The notes under the pieces are model-generated. The model was not told where the DNA came from, made no database searches, and saw only the letters and a program-made list of their open reading frames with translations. From Octopus vulgaris (lineage: Eukaryota), in NCBI GenBank assembly GCA_951406725.2, contig OX597826.1, forward strand, positions 53,320,001-53,384,000: DNA of 64,000 nt, in the 5' to 3' direction. Each line of letters begins with the position of its first letter. Within the stretch, counting starts at the first letter, position 1. This document shows positions 49,282 through 60,812 of the stretch, one piece after another. The translations under genes and the position numbers were made by a program.

Positions 49282-51374
49282 TGATTACCAATGGTTTGTA
49301 ATGGAGTCAGTGGCACAAAACTTACTTTACTTGGACAAATCTTTGTTTCTTGAGAAACTTTTGGTTGACATAAAGACTGAAATAGAACTACAGCGTTGTA
49401 GAAGCAATAGAACTACTGAAGAGCAAAGAAAGCAAGTCAATACAACAGTTGATTCTACATATGGTTCTGAGACGGAAGAGATCACAGGTTCTGGTTCAGG
49501 AAACTATAATTTCCAGTCACAAACCACTACATCCTCGTTCGACTTGGAAGAACCTGATCTTCCAGAAAACTTCGTTGAAACATCATCTCCCAAATCAACT
49601 TCGAATTCATCAAATGTTGTAGAAAATCAAACGCCAGAAAAGTTATCAAAATACCACAAAATTCCATCAGATTCTGAGAATCAAAAACACGTCCATAAAA
49701 CAGAGCTCCAGAAAAATTCTGAACCATCCATGACATTAAACGAAGCAGTGACATCTGTAGAAGATCCCTTGAGTAGCTCTGTTATCGAGAGTAGCCCGAA
49801 GAAAATTAAATCGCTAACTGAACTGGTTCTACAGTCGACGCAAATGAACGAAAAATCTTCTCAAATTCGACTAGAAGGAAACCAAACCCCCAATATAACT
49901 TCCAAATCAACAGAAGAACCGACGTTGTCCGAAATTGCTCCACAGGCGGGCAAAGACAAACACATAGAGAACACATCAAAGAAAATATATTCTTCACCAA
50001 TTAAAAGCCACAGGAAAGACAGATTTTCTGAAAATGACAAACCTGAAGTGGCAGAAGATCTCGAACCCTGTCCACCTCTGACGCCTGAGACGCTTCATTC
50101 CATTACCACATCACAACAATCTTTTTCTACTGAAAACTCAAATGAAAAAAATGTTGACAATCCAGAAACTCTTTCTTCAATCACATCAAATACACCACAG
50201 AATCCCTCTCCCGGACCATCTTCTCAAACATTACAAACGCCCAAAACAAAACGGCTTCACACATCAACAGAAATTAAGGAAGATACCCTTAAACCACCAG
50301 CCTCTCCATCTTTACTTGCACTAGTTAGATCAGCCCAAATCGTATCTAAAAAAAAACCATCAACCCATTTAACCCCAGAGGTGAGCATGACCTCAGAGAT
50401 TGCTTCTGATTCGGAGGTGAATATTCGGTCGGAACCCGCCTCCATTCTGGAGGCAGACGTACCATCAGAGTCTACCGCTATTGTGGAAGCAGGCGTGTCA
50501 TCAAAGCTGGTCACCGCTATTGACGAAGATGTGCCGTCAAAGGCAGACGTACAATCAGAGCTTACAGCTGTTTCAGACTCCAAAAATACTCCGGTGGCAG
50601 ACGTACAATCAGAGCTTGCTGCTGCACCGGAGGAAAAGGTGCCATCAGAGTCCAATGCATTAAAAGATGCAGATGGGTCATCAGAGGCCAGCATTGTTCC
50701 AGAGATGGAAAAGCTGACACAGTCTGCTAGTCATTCAAAGACTGATGTTTCACAGTCACCTCCACATCCAATTTCCGAATCTGGTACTTCTATTATACAG
50801 CCTGAACCCATCACCAAGGCTCCTCCACCACCACCTCCTCCTCCACCACCACCACCACCTCCTCCCCTTCATTCGCCACTAAACGCTGGGTCTGGTGTTT
50901 TACCTCGGGCTCCTCCACCGCCACCGCCTCCACCTCCACTCCCAAACTCTGGGGATTTCTACAGACCACCACCTCCTCCACCACCTCCTCCTCCACCACC
51001 ACCACTACCCCTGGGATCTGGAAATTTACCTAGGGTTCCACCACCACCACCATTACCCCCAGGTTCTGGGGTTTCCCAAAGTTCACCGCCACCCCCGCCA
51101 CCCCCGCCACCTCCTCCACCACTACCCCCAGGGTCTAAGCGTTTACCCGGGGTTCCTCCACCACCACCACCACCACCACCACCTCCACCTCCTGGCTCTA
51201 AGGGTTTCCCTCCTGCTCCACCTCCACCTCCATCGTCATCATCAACATCGTCATCACCAAGCAAATACTCGTCTGCGACGTTGCCAGCCAGGTTACATGG
51301 TAAACCAGTCTTGGCACCATCCCAGAAACTTCGTTCTTTCCAATGGCACAAGGTCCCAACCAATATCATCAATG
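49282..51374 (+). CDS. INF2: INF2-like formin, giant exon E: end of DD, long S/T/E/P-rich linker, FH1 polyproline region and start of the FH2 lasso
   Basis: ctcttcttcAG acceptor in phase with exon D. 2093-bp stop-free frame (ORF track 49301..51415). Seven polyproline tracts at 50822-51232. Ends KLRSFQWHKVPTNIIN (FH2 lasso Trp), GTaatg donor. Confidence 0.93.
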
Positions 51375-51544
51375 GTAATGTATCATTTTTTTTCCTTATT
51401 TACCACCACCACTAACAACCGCCACCCTTATTGTCACTATCCCTACTCCTTTTACTACTGTACTATTATTACTATTACCACTATACTGCTAGTACTACTA
51501 TTACAGTATTGTCAATCATCCTTAGTGAACTCTGATCTGGAGTT

Positions 51545-54292
51545 CACTGGGCAACAAAAAGAAATTTGTCTGCTACTCAGACAACTGGTGCTGTACCAAA
51601 CTAAATTGAGTACGCTGATTCTGTATCTGAACTCACTATTGCTGTAGCATGTCAGGATTTTGATTTATGCACATAATTATGTATTTATACTATATTAGTA
51701 TCAGGAATAGTTAAGTCCAAGGTAAATAATTATTATAATAGTATATTTGTACTGCATATCGTAAATTTATGTTCAAGGCAAATAATATTATAATATAATG
51801 GTACATAGTATATTTATGTTAAGGGAATACTTTACTTTTGAGATTCTCAGCTCAGAAATGTTTGAGACACTTGTTCTTGCGCTTATGCATCGTGCTGGTC
51901 TCCTGTTGTAGGAACCAGCAGCGCTCATCCGCCATGTGTGGATTGAACCAGCTTTGATACCTCGTTTCCATCTGAGATGTGTCCTGGTGGAACCTCTCAC
52001 CATGCTCATCACTAACGTTAAGATTCATTGGGAAAAAAAATCGAGATTTGAATGCAAGAAGTGCATTTTAAGGGACATTCTGTATCCCATTCTTTCATGC
52101 GTTATTAGCATGTTTATTGAATCATAGTTTCAGCTCTATGATTTCCAAGAAAGTTCTGTACAATTAACACGAATGGATCCCATGCCATCAGCTCAACTGG
52201 ATTCAACTGACTTTACTATCAGATATCAATTCTCTGATCTCGGGTTCAATGAAAATGCCTGCTTTAAGTTTTGCGTCACTTTTCTCTGCACCAAAATTTT
52301 ACTTTTAGGTACTGGAAGCCACAACCATCGTCTGTCATTGCTTTTACAATGTTTTTCATGAGGCCAAGTTTGATGTGAAGGGGTGGAAGGAAGATCCTTT
52401 ACAGGTCTACCCGTAACATATGCTGCACATTATACCGACCAACTATGAGCTCATCTCTTTTAGGCCAGTCTTTTACAGTGTAATGATTGATGTCGTCGTG
52501 GCTGCTCCAAACACACAAGAGGCACATATTTTTGGTGTATCCCAGTTGCAGTCCTAGGAGGCGGAAAATTACCTTTAAATCACCACAAATTATTTTTATT
52601 TTAGCACTCCGTCGGTTACGACGCTGAGGGTTCCGGTTGATCCGAATCAACGGAACAGCCTGCTCTTGAAATTAACGTGTAAGTGGCTGAGCACTCCACA
52701 GACACGTGCACCCTTAACGTAGTTCTCGGGGATATTCAGCGTGACACAGAGAGTGACAAGGCCAGCCCCTTGAAATACAGGTACAACATAAACAGGAAGT
52801 AAGAGTGAGAGAAAGTTGTGGTGAAAGAGTACAGCAGGGATCACCACCATCCTCTGCCGGAGCCTCGTGGAGCTTTTAGGTGTTTTCGCTCAATAAACAC
52901 TCACAACGCCCGGTCTGGGAATCGAAACCGCGATCCTATGACCGCGAGTCCGCTGCCCTAACCACTAGGCCATTGCGCATCCACTAAATCACCACAAATA
53001 TTCCACTTATGAACTGAGTAATTAACTCTTTTCAGAATGAGTTGCATCGATTCATAAGTTTCTTCCATACCGACAGCACGACTCACAAGAATGGAAGGTT
53101 TTTCATTATCAGTATGAAACAACACGTCTTTGAGGTTAACTTTACTCAAGTCTAAACAATCCCCATCCTTTAGTCACATGCACATGTCCTAATTTTTTGC
53201 ATGAGTGCATTAACGTCAGTACAGCAAGAAGCATTATTTTCTTGCTTGAAAAAGACATATTAGCCTCTATGGTGGGAACGGAAAATGGAAATTTTCGTAC
53301 CTTGCCTTAGGAGATTCCATTGCTGTATCTCGATCCCAAAACTTCTGCCTTCCCCTTTGACAACGCTAGGTCTCTTACTAAATCGTTCAAATCTTGTCGA
53401 TTAAACAAGCGTGGATCATTTTTCTCAGAATCAACTATGTACTCATCGTGCGATGTGTCAAGGTCTTCAAGTGAATCATGGGAGAGGTGTACTGGGACAG
53501 GGTTCTCGAAATCATGTGGGACCGGTTTTAGAGCCGATTTACAATCTGCATACATTGCTTTGGTTTTCTTTGAGAAACCACTAATATTAGTCATGCAAAA
53601 GTAACAGAGACATGCTTGTTTGGCTCATGCCATACCACTGATACAGCAAAAAGCATTCCTTTTTGTTTTCCATTCAGCCACTGTGTAAGCCCTGAGTAAC
53701 ACACGGTGCAGCATATATGAGGTGCCCACCTCTTGTTTTGTTCCCCGATTTTACACCCGAAATAATATTTATAGACAGTTTTTAATTTGGTGGAAATGTT
53801 CTTCCACTGGTCACGCAGAGCAAATTTTCCACAGACATAACAAAAGTTGTCTGAGTGATTCATATGGCCTCTCCTATTCATGATCTAACACAATGAATAC
53901 AGTTAAAACAGTAATCACGCAGAGCGAGAGATACACATACCACACGTGACGGCAGCGCAAACGACACTGAGACCTACCAAGAACAAACTGACATATTTGG
54001 CAAATGCACACAATACGTCAGCGCCATCTATTGCTAAACTAAATAATTAACTTTCTCATCATTTGTTTTATTGCTGTTATTTCTTTCATTTTGAATTAAG
54101 ACCGCTTTTATTGTAGCAAGTTTTATAATACGGCCTACATCTAGCCGGAAGTATAGTTATAATCTTGCGCATGCGTATAACTCAAAATCCTGGCTGCTAG
54201 AACCATTCTGAGCGCAGATTCGGAATCAGCATCCTCGATTTAGTCTATAAAACACGCTTTTACCACAGTAGCAGAATCTTTGTTGTCCATTA
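51545..54292 (-). mobile_element. Chapaev3-like (CMC) DNA transposon, near full length, degenerate transposase at 53881 to 51852, interrupted by a SINE
   Basis: N-terminal zinc motif FCYVCG..YFG.KIGEQNKRWAPHICC.VC..W.EP.H, core ICGDLKV..LLGLQLGYTK.CLLC.W, C-terminal SDEHGERFHQD..METRYQ. Ends CACTGGGCAACAAA / ctttgttgtccatta. Superfamily assignment is from memory of such motifs. Confidence 0.75.
52591..52984 (-). mobile_element. Group A SINE (long tail) inserted in the Chapaev3-like transposase
   Basis: 15-bp TSD taaatcaccacaaat at 52576-52590 and 52985-52999, which duplicates the ICGDL codons. Confidence 0.93.
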
Positions 54293-54323
54293 TTATGTAA
54301 GATGTGTTTCAATATGGTTATGT

Positions 54324-54712
54324 TGTGGAAGCACTCCGTCGGTTACGATGACGAGGGTTCCGGTTGATCCGAATCAACGGAACAGCCTGCTCGTGAAATT
54401 AACGTGTAAGTGGCTGAGCACTCCACAGACACGTGTACCCTTAACGTAGTTCTCGGGGATATTCAGCGTGACACAGAGAGTGACAAGGCCGACCCTTTGA
54501 AATACCGGTACAACAGAAACAGGAAGTAAGAGTGAGAGACAGTTGTGGTGAAAGAGTACAGTAGGGATCACCACCATCCCCTGCCGGAGCCTCGTGGAGC
54601 TTTTAGGTGTTTTCGCTCAATAAACACTCACAACGCCCGGTCTGGGAATCGAAACCGCGATCCTACGACCGCGAGTCCGCTGCCCTAACCATTGGGCCAT
54701 TGCGCCTCCACT
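54324..54712 (-). mobile_element. Group A SINE (long tail)
   Basis: TSD tggttatgt at 54315-54323 and 54713-54721. Confidence 0.9.
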
Positions 54713-54894
54713 TGGTTATGTGTGACATTTTGGGCAAGTGTCTTTTGCTGTTGCTCCTGATGGTGTCTGTGAAACAGTTTGATGGAAATTGTATTAAGCC
54801 TATCATGGGTTTGTATATGTCTACATGTGAATGCTGATATTTTGCTTGTCATTGTTTGAGCGAAGCGGTGGTTGATGTCAACATTCTTTGTTGA

Positions 54895-55230
54895 TGCTGG
54901 AGAGAAAATGCCTGACTAAAAAAAGTGTTTGAAGAACGATGGAAGAATGCAGCACGGATGTTGCGTATGGATGGTACGGCATAAATGTGAAACAGGATGA
55001 AACCCAAGTATCAGTGGCGAGGCGGGGCTCGTGTGGTCCGAGCTGAACCCGCCCCCACTCCATCCGTAATGTCTTCTGGTCTGTTCTATCATTCGAATTT
55101 TTGTTTTTAATTATATTGTCATTTGTGTTAGTTTTTAAATTTCATTTTCTGTATTTATCATTCGTAAGTCTGAACCCCAATCAGATTGTATTGTCCCCTT
55201 TATGTTCGCCCCTTGTGGGTAATAAAAAAA
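54895..55230 (+). mobile_element. 5'-truncated LINE 3' end (L1/Tx1-like) with poly(A) and 17-bp TSD
   Basis: TSD tcaacattctttgttga at 54878-54894 and 55231-55247. Codes LERKCLTK/KVFEERWKNAARMLRMDGTA*, then a T-rich UTR ending gccccttgtgggtaataaaaaaa. Confidence 0.7.
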
Positions 55231-56046
55231 TCAACATTCTTTGTTGACATTTTTACCAGTTGGTCTATGCTTTCAAAGACCTGCGAAAAATAGAATTACA
55301 GTACCTGAAAAAGCAGGTGAGTGTTAGTGACAGAAAGAGCACCCAGCTGCAAACTCCTGCTTCAAAATCATTCGCTGTATGATTATATGACACTTTGGGT
55401 GAGTGTCTGCTGCTATCACTTCTGACTAACCAAGGCTCTGCGAGTGAAACTGATAGATGGGAACTATACTGAGCTTGGCGTACGTGTGTGCGCGCGCTAA
55501 TGTTGATGTGTTGCTTGTCATTCTGTGGTTAAAGTGGTGATGATGTTGACATTCCTGGCTAGCATTTTGACCAGCTGCTCTGTGCTTTCAAAGACCCGTG
55601 GAAAATAAAATTTCATTAGCTGAGAAAGTAGATATGGGTTAGTAACAGGAAGAGCATCCAGCTGCAAAATCCTGCTTCAAATTCAGTTCCTGTCCAGGCC
55701 CTGCTAGCATGGAGAAAATGGATGTTAAATGAATGAATGCCTTTGAATAAAGGTAATGAGTAAGACATAAATGATTATACATGTATATCCTATGCATCTT
55801 ATTCCTTGGTTGTCAATTCAAAATTGAAACTTTCTATAATCCCACCAAAATTTATCAAATAATTATCTCCCTTACAAAATTCTGGCCACCATTGTACACA
55901 ACTCTAAATCCCTTTCGCTTCTATTATTTGATACTTATCTCAAGCATTTATGCTATTTTATACTTATATTATTATTTGATACTTCTATTATATTATTATT
56001 TTATACTTATCTCAATCATTTGCATTGCATTTTTCTGTTTTCTCAG

Positions 56047-56207
56047 AAAAAGGCAACCTTTGGCAAGATGTATATTATATGAGAAGTAACAGTGCTGTGG
56101 ATGTTGACTATAAAACTCTTGAAGATATGTTCAGTATGAAAGCTCCTCCCAAAAAGTCGGCATCAGTTGATGAACAAAAAGTGAAGAAGAAAAATATTCC
56201 GAAAAAA
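56047..56207 (+). CDS. INF2: INF2-like formin, exon F (FH2 lasso/linker)
   Basis: tttctcAG acceptor and GTaagt donor. Reads (E)KGNLWQDV...VDVDYKTLEDMFS...KKNIPKK, with the second lasso Trp and the D...LE..F motif. 161 bp, phase 1 to 0. Confidence 0.92.
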
Positions 56208-56408
56208 GTAAGTGAAATATTTAACTAATTTCAAATTCTTCGATTATCAAATGCATTCATTTTATTGTTAATTATATTTATTTTGTGCCGCAAATGGCTT
56301 ACAAATTTAACAGATTGGAATTACTTTCTAACATAATTTCCTCTCTGAATATTGCACAGGTAAATTCAATGGCCCAGCACAACCAATAATATGTTGTCTA
56401 TTCTTCAG

Positions 56409-56567
56409 GTCAATCTTTTGGAACGCGCCCTAGACATAGACATCTTCCTGAAACAATGTAATGCCTCACAAGAGAAAATAGTTGAAATGATTAAGGAAGG
56501 CACAAGCAAGGATCTTGACTTGGAAATGTTACGACGGATGCAGAAAATCCTACCAACTGACAGTGAG
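56409..56567 (+). CDS. INF2: INF2-like formin, exon G (FH2 knob)
   Basis: ttcttcAG acceptor and GTatgt donor. Reads VNLLERALDIDIFLKQCNASQEKIVEMIKEG...LEMLRRMQKILPTDSE, compare INF2 NLNIFLKQF...LLKLLPEKHE. 159 bp, phase 0 to 0. Confidence 0.92.
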
Positions 56568-57804
56568 GTATGTTCTGGTTAAATTGTATATCATTTAGTA
56601 TAAGATTTAAAATTGCATTAGCTTAGTGTAGTGTGTTCAAACATAGCATAGTTTATCACTTTGGGTTAAAAGTGAAGTCAACTCTGGCTTTACATCACAT
56701 CCTTCTAGGAATGGTAAAATAATTACTATATTGCAGTTCTTGTACCTTTGTTAAATCAATATTTATACCTACATTTAAATTGATTTCTGATTGTCATCGG
56801 GTATTATATTTCTGGACATGTACACAGGTGTGTACGTAGTACTGGTATATTTGACATAGAATTTATGTAAAAATCCTATGTTAAAACAAATACAATTTTT
56901 ATGTAATTAATTAAATATACTTGACAATCCTTTATCCAAAGTTCCAAATTCCAAAGCGTTTTCTTGTGAGAGAAACACTAATAGTAGAGAAATTTCTGAA
57001 TGTATTCGGATTTTTAAAGCGATATGTTGTAGACAAGCAGAAGTGAAAGTAATGTGTGGCTGTTATGAGGTTGACAAAATGGAGTAAAAGTCTAATATTG
57101 GTAGTATTCCTTGTATCACAGAAACAATGTGGTTCTGAAAAATCTTGCTGCAAAGTGAAACAATTTTCCATTGACGTTAGGAAGGGCATCCAACCATAGA
57201 AACTATGCCAAAGTAAATATTGGAGTGTGAGTTCTTTGGATCATCAGCTCCTGTCAAACTGTCTAACCCATGTCGACATGGAAAAATGGACATTAAATGA
57301 CGATGATTTTTGTGCTGCAAGGAGGTCAACGGAAAATTCATTTTGCATTCTGGAATTCCACATTACAGCAGGAATTTTTAGGAATGTAACACTTCTGTAA
57401 TACAGGGGATGTTTGAAGGTGGGTTTGCTTTGGTTAAAAGTGAAATGTTCTCACAAATCAGTTACATACGCAAAAGTGGGCTTGCAATAAATTTATATAA
57501 AACTACCTTCACAGAATATGTATCAACTGTTCTTTGAAATATAAATGGACAATGTGTTTAGATTTGGGTTCTGCACCCAAGCTTTCCCATTTTGTACATG
57601 CATATAACCATTCCAAAATGTCCCACTAAACGAAATTTAAAACACAAATTCCAAGCACTTTGGATAAAAGATTGTCAATTATATAAACTGTTCTTTTGTC
57701 AGTTATCGTTTCGCTTGAATCCTCAATAACTTAACCAGTTATCTACTGTATCTGTTTATCACTTGGTTATACATTGAATCCTTCTTCATTCTTTGACAAT
57801 TTAG

Positions 57805-58062
57805 CTCTCTACACTGAATGCTTACCAAGGTGACAAAGAAAACTTGGGAAATCCAGAAAAGTTCTATTTGTTGTTATCAAAAGTCCCCAACATTCATCTA
57901 TGCATTGATGGCATGTTACTGAAGGAAGAGCGGACAGTGTTAATGCAAACTCTAAAACCGAACATTGAAACTTTGAAGAAAACCTGTCAAGTTCTGATAG
58001 AAAACAAAAACCTTAAGGCTTTCTTTGCAATCAGTCTTGATGTTGGTAACTATATGAACTCT
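57805..58062 (+). CDS. INF2: INF2-like formin, exon H (FH2, includes GNYMN motif)
   Basis: tttAG acceptor and GTaagt donor. Reads LSTLNAYQGDKENLGNPEKFYLLLSKVP...LDVGNYMNS, the canonical FH2 signature. 258 bp, phase 0 to 0. Confidence 0.95.
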
Positions 58063-58469
58063 GTAAGTTATATTTTATTCCAGATCTAAGTAGGTTATCA
58101 CCCAGTATTTTTAACATCTGTGACATTTGTTGATATTTAGCTAAGAACTGAAAATAGTCAAATTTTGTAAGGAATCTTTGCAGTTCCAATACTTGATGAG
58201 AATAGCTGTCATAGTTACTGATGAGCCAAAACGTCTACAGCTATAAAAATATAATCCAGAAGTATTTAAGACATAAATAATATAAGCATTTCTTTCAGAC
58301 ACTTGCCATTACAATTTACATTCTCTTAAGATCCTTTGTCTAACATTGAGAAGGTTCTTGTGCAGGATCAATTTGGATACTTAAACTTATTCTATCACTC
58401 AGTTTCATTGGATGCTTTTCACAGATCCCAGTTTTGAGATCAGTTTTCAAGTATTAAGACAACTTCCTT

Positions 58470-59160
58470 TCACAAATCACTAAGGTCTGGAGCAAAAGGC
58501 AGTGACCGGTCCTTTGCAGACCCTCCTATACTGGTTGAAATTGATGCCATTAATGTTTCTCTTAAAGCTTTGTAAATCACCATGTGGGGAAAGACATGAG
58601 CAGAGAGGGAACTCCAGAGGGAAGACATTTGGGGAAGGAAGGACTTGACATAATGCTTATTGAAAGGTCTGGGACAGAGGGATTTAAATACAAAGGGGAT
58701 GAGTGAAGGAAAGACCAGTGGATCCAAAATAACTAAATTGTAATGGTAGGAGAACAGCCAGCTCCTAAGAGCCGAGGCCATTATAGTGCTAGTAAAAAGG
58801 GCAGAGAGAATAGACAGCAAGTCTATAGGTCTGAAGTTGGGACATATCTGTGAGTAACTTTACACCAATCAGTCAAATGGCCCGCTTTTGAAGGTTTTCA
58901 AAAAAATTTGAGCAGCAGCAGCATTGCTGTTGTAGATGTGAGAGCAATACTCCACTGTGAACATTCCTTACGTTTTGTGAAGTGTCAATAGAGAGTACTC
59001 TCCTTTGACTCTGGAAAGAAAGGTAGTCCGAGCTTTGTTAATGATGTACTTTTAACAGGCTAGATCATCAGAAATAGTGAGACCTAACAAACGAAGTAAT
59101 TGTAAGGGTTCTAGTCGAGTGCTGGTCATGATAAAGGCACTGATCTTCATTCTTTGACAG
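58470..59160 (-). mobile_element. Degenerate CR1/Jockey-group LINE 3' part
   Basis: HYVKSFLPQMSSLWSSLSAHVFP resembles the Y..SF.P.T..LWNSLP..VFP ORF2 C-terminus. Confidence 0.6.
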
Positions 59161-59489
59161 GGTTACGTAAAAATACGTTCTTGATTTAAAATATCTCAGA
59201 TATTGGCAGCTTATATCCTAGCACAGACACAGTGATGTGGCCGTAGCCACAAAATCAGGTATTCAGCAAGTCAACCAATCAAATTGATGTATAATGTATA
59301 TGTATGTAGATTTGTATATGTACCAAAAGACGTATTTCAATCTTTAAAGTTTTCTTCTTCAAATCATTTAATCTTTACAGTTTTCTTTTAATACTAATAT
59401 CTCCAAAACATGAACGTAATTTTTATAATTAAGATACAAAACTACAACAGAGTAGAATCCCCCCACACACACACACAAAAAAAAAAAGC

Positions 59490-59858
59490 TATCTTTTATT
59501 TGTTTCGGTTATTAAACTATGGCAATGCTGGGGCACTGCCTTGCAGGATTATTAGTTGAAGGAATCGATCCCAGTACTTAAAAAAAAAAGACTGGTTTTT
59601 ATCCTATCGGTCTCCGTTGCTGAACTGTTAAATTTCGGGGACGTAAACAAACGCTGGTTATCAAGCAGTAGCGGGATACACACACACACAAATATAAGGA
59701 GCTTCTTTCAGTTTCCGTCTACAAAATCCACTCACAAGGTTTTGATCAGCCCGACGCTATAGTAGAAGATACTTGCCCAAGGTGCCACGCAGTGGTACTG
59801 AACCCGGAACCATGTGGTTCGTAAGCAAGCTTCTTTACCACACAGCCACACCTGCACC
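59490..59858 (-). mobile_element. Group B SINE
   Basis: Same family motifs on the minus strand. Confidence 0.85.
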
Positions 59859-60020
59859 CATGTAACAAAATCAAAAGCGTCCTATTTGGATCTATAAATT
59901 ACTCTTACAGTACAGACATATCGAATCTTTTTTTGTAAATGTAACTTTGAAAGAATCCTTCCATGAAAGGATATCAATATTTGTAATTCTCCATTAAACT
60001 CAATTCGTTATTCTTTCCAG

Positions 60021-60199
60021 GGACGTTTTGCAGGGAATGCTGTTGGTTTTGAAATTAGTTCTGCTCTAAAACTCTTCAAGGAAACTAAATCAAATGAGAC
60101 AGGTGTTACGTTATTACATTTCCTTGTCAATCAAGCGGAGGAATCCAATAATTTCTTGTTTGTCGAAGAACTCCAGCCTGTAATAAACAGTGCAAGCAA
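60021..60199 (+). CDS. INF2: INF2-like formin, exon I (FH2 post); gene continues beyond the identified exons
   Basis: ttctttccAG acceptor and GTaggt donor. Reads GRFAGNAVGFEISSALKLFKETKSNETGVTLLHFLV...SAS(K), the canonical A.GF....L.KL..TKS....TLLH. 179 bp, phase 0 to 2. Confidence 0.94.
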
Positions 60200-60618
60200 G
60201 TAGGTCGCTTTATTCTAATTTAGACTATCCATTCTCCCCTTTCTCTTTTATTCTTTACTTAAACTATTATGATTTATTCTCACTACTTCCAGTCTGTTTA
60301 TCCAATAACGCTAGTAAACACTTTTTTTTTTCTATCAGAAAGTATTCTACCCAAAATATTATACTTCTCTTATTCCTTATCATCATTATCATCATCATCA
60401 ACGTCTATTTTCCATCTGGAAAATTTTGTCAAAGAATGAAAAAGGATTCAATGTATAACCAAGTGATAAACAGATACAGTAGAGAACTGGTTAAGTTATT
60501 GAGGATTCAAGCGAAACAATATCTGACAAAAGAACAGTTTATATAGTTGACAGTCTTATAGTTCGACTGTTCAACAGGAGCTGGCAAGCAAACTCCAATG
60601 TTGCTTTAGCATGGTTAA

Positions 60619-60792
60619 CCCCTTACCCGGCAGAAACGAATATATGCATTTTGACCGAAATCGTTTTTTTTCTCTATCTCTGGCGAGTTAACTCGTCAAA
60701 AGATAGACTCGCCAAAACATAGTAAAATAAAACAATTAAAAAATATGCCTGAAAAAATACATTTACTTTCAAAATAATTGTTGGGTAAGGGG
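60619..60792. mobile_element. piggyBac-type MITE
   Basis: TTAA TSD at 60615-60618 and 60793-60796, perfect 10-bp TIR CCCCTTACCC / GGGTAAGGGG. Confidence 0.85.
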
Positions 60793-60812
60793 TTAAACAT
60801 ACCCATGTGTGT

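Noticed and set aside
50257-51647. Gly-rich and His-rich ORFs overlapping the FH1 region
   Set aside because: Antisense and off-frame shadows of the CCA/CCT proline codons of exon E.
60190-60546. 118-aa ORF just after exon I, considered as the next FH2 exon
   Set aside because: Low-complexity intronic sequence with no FH2 similarity and no good acceptor.
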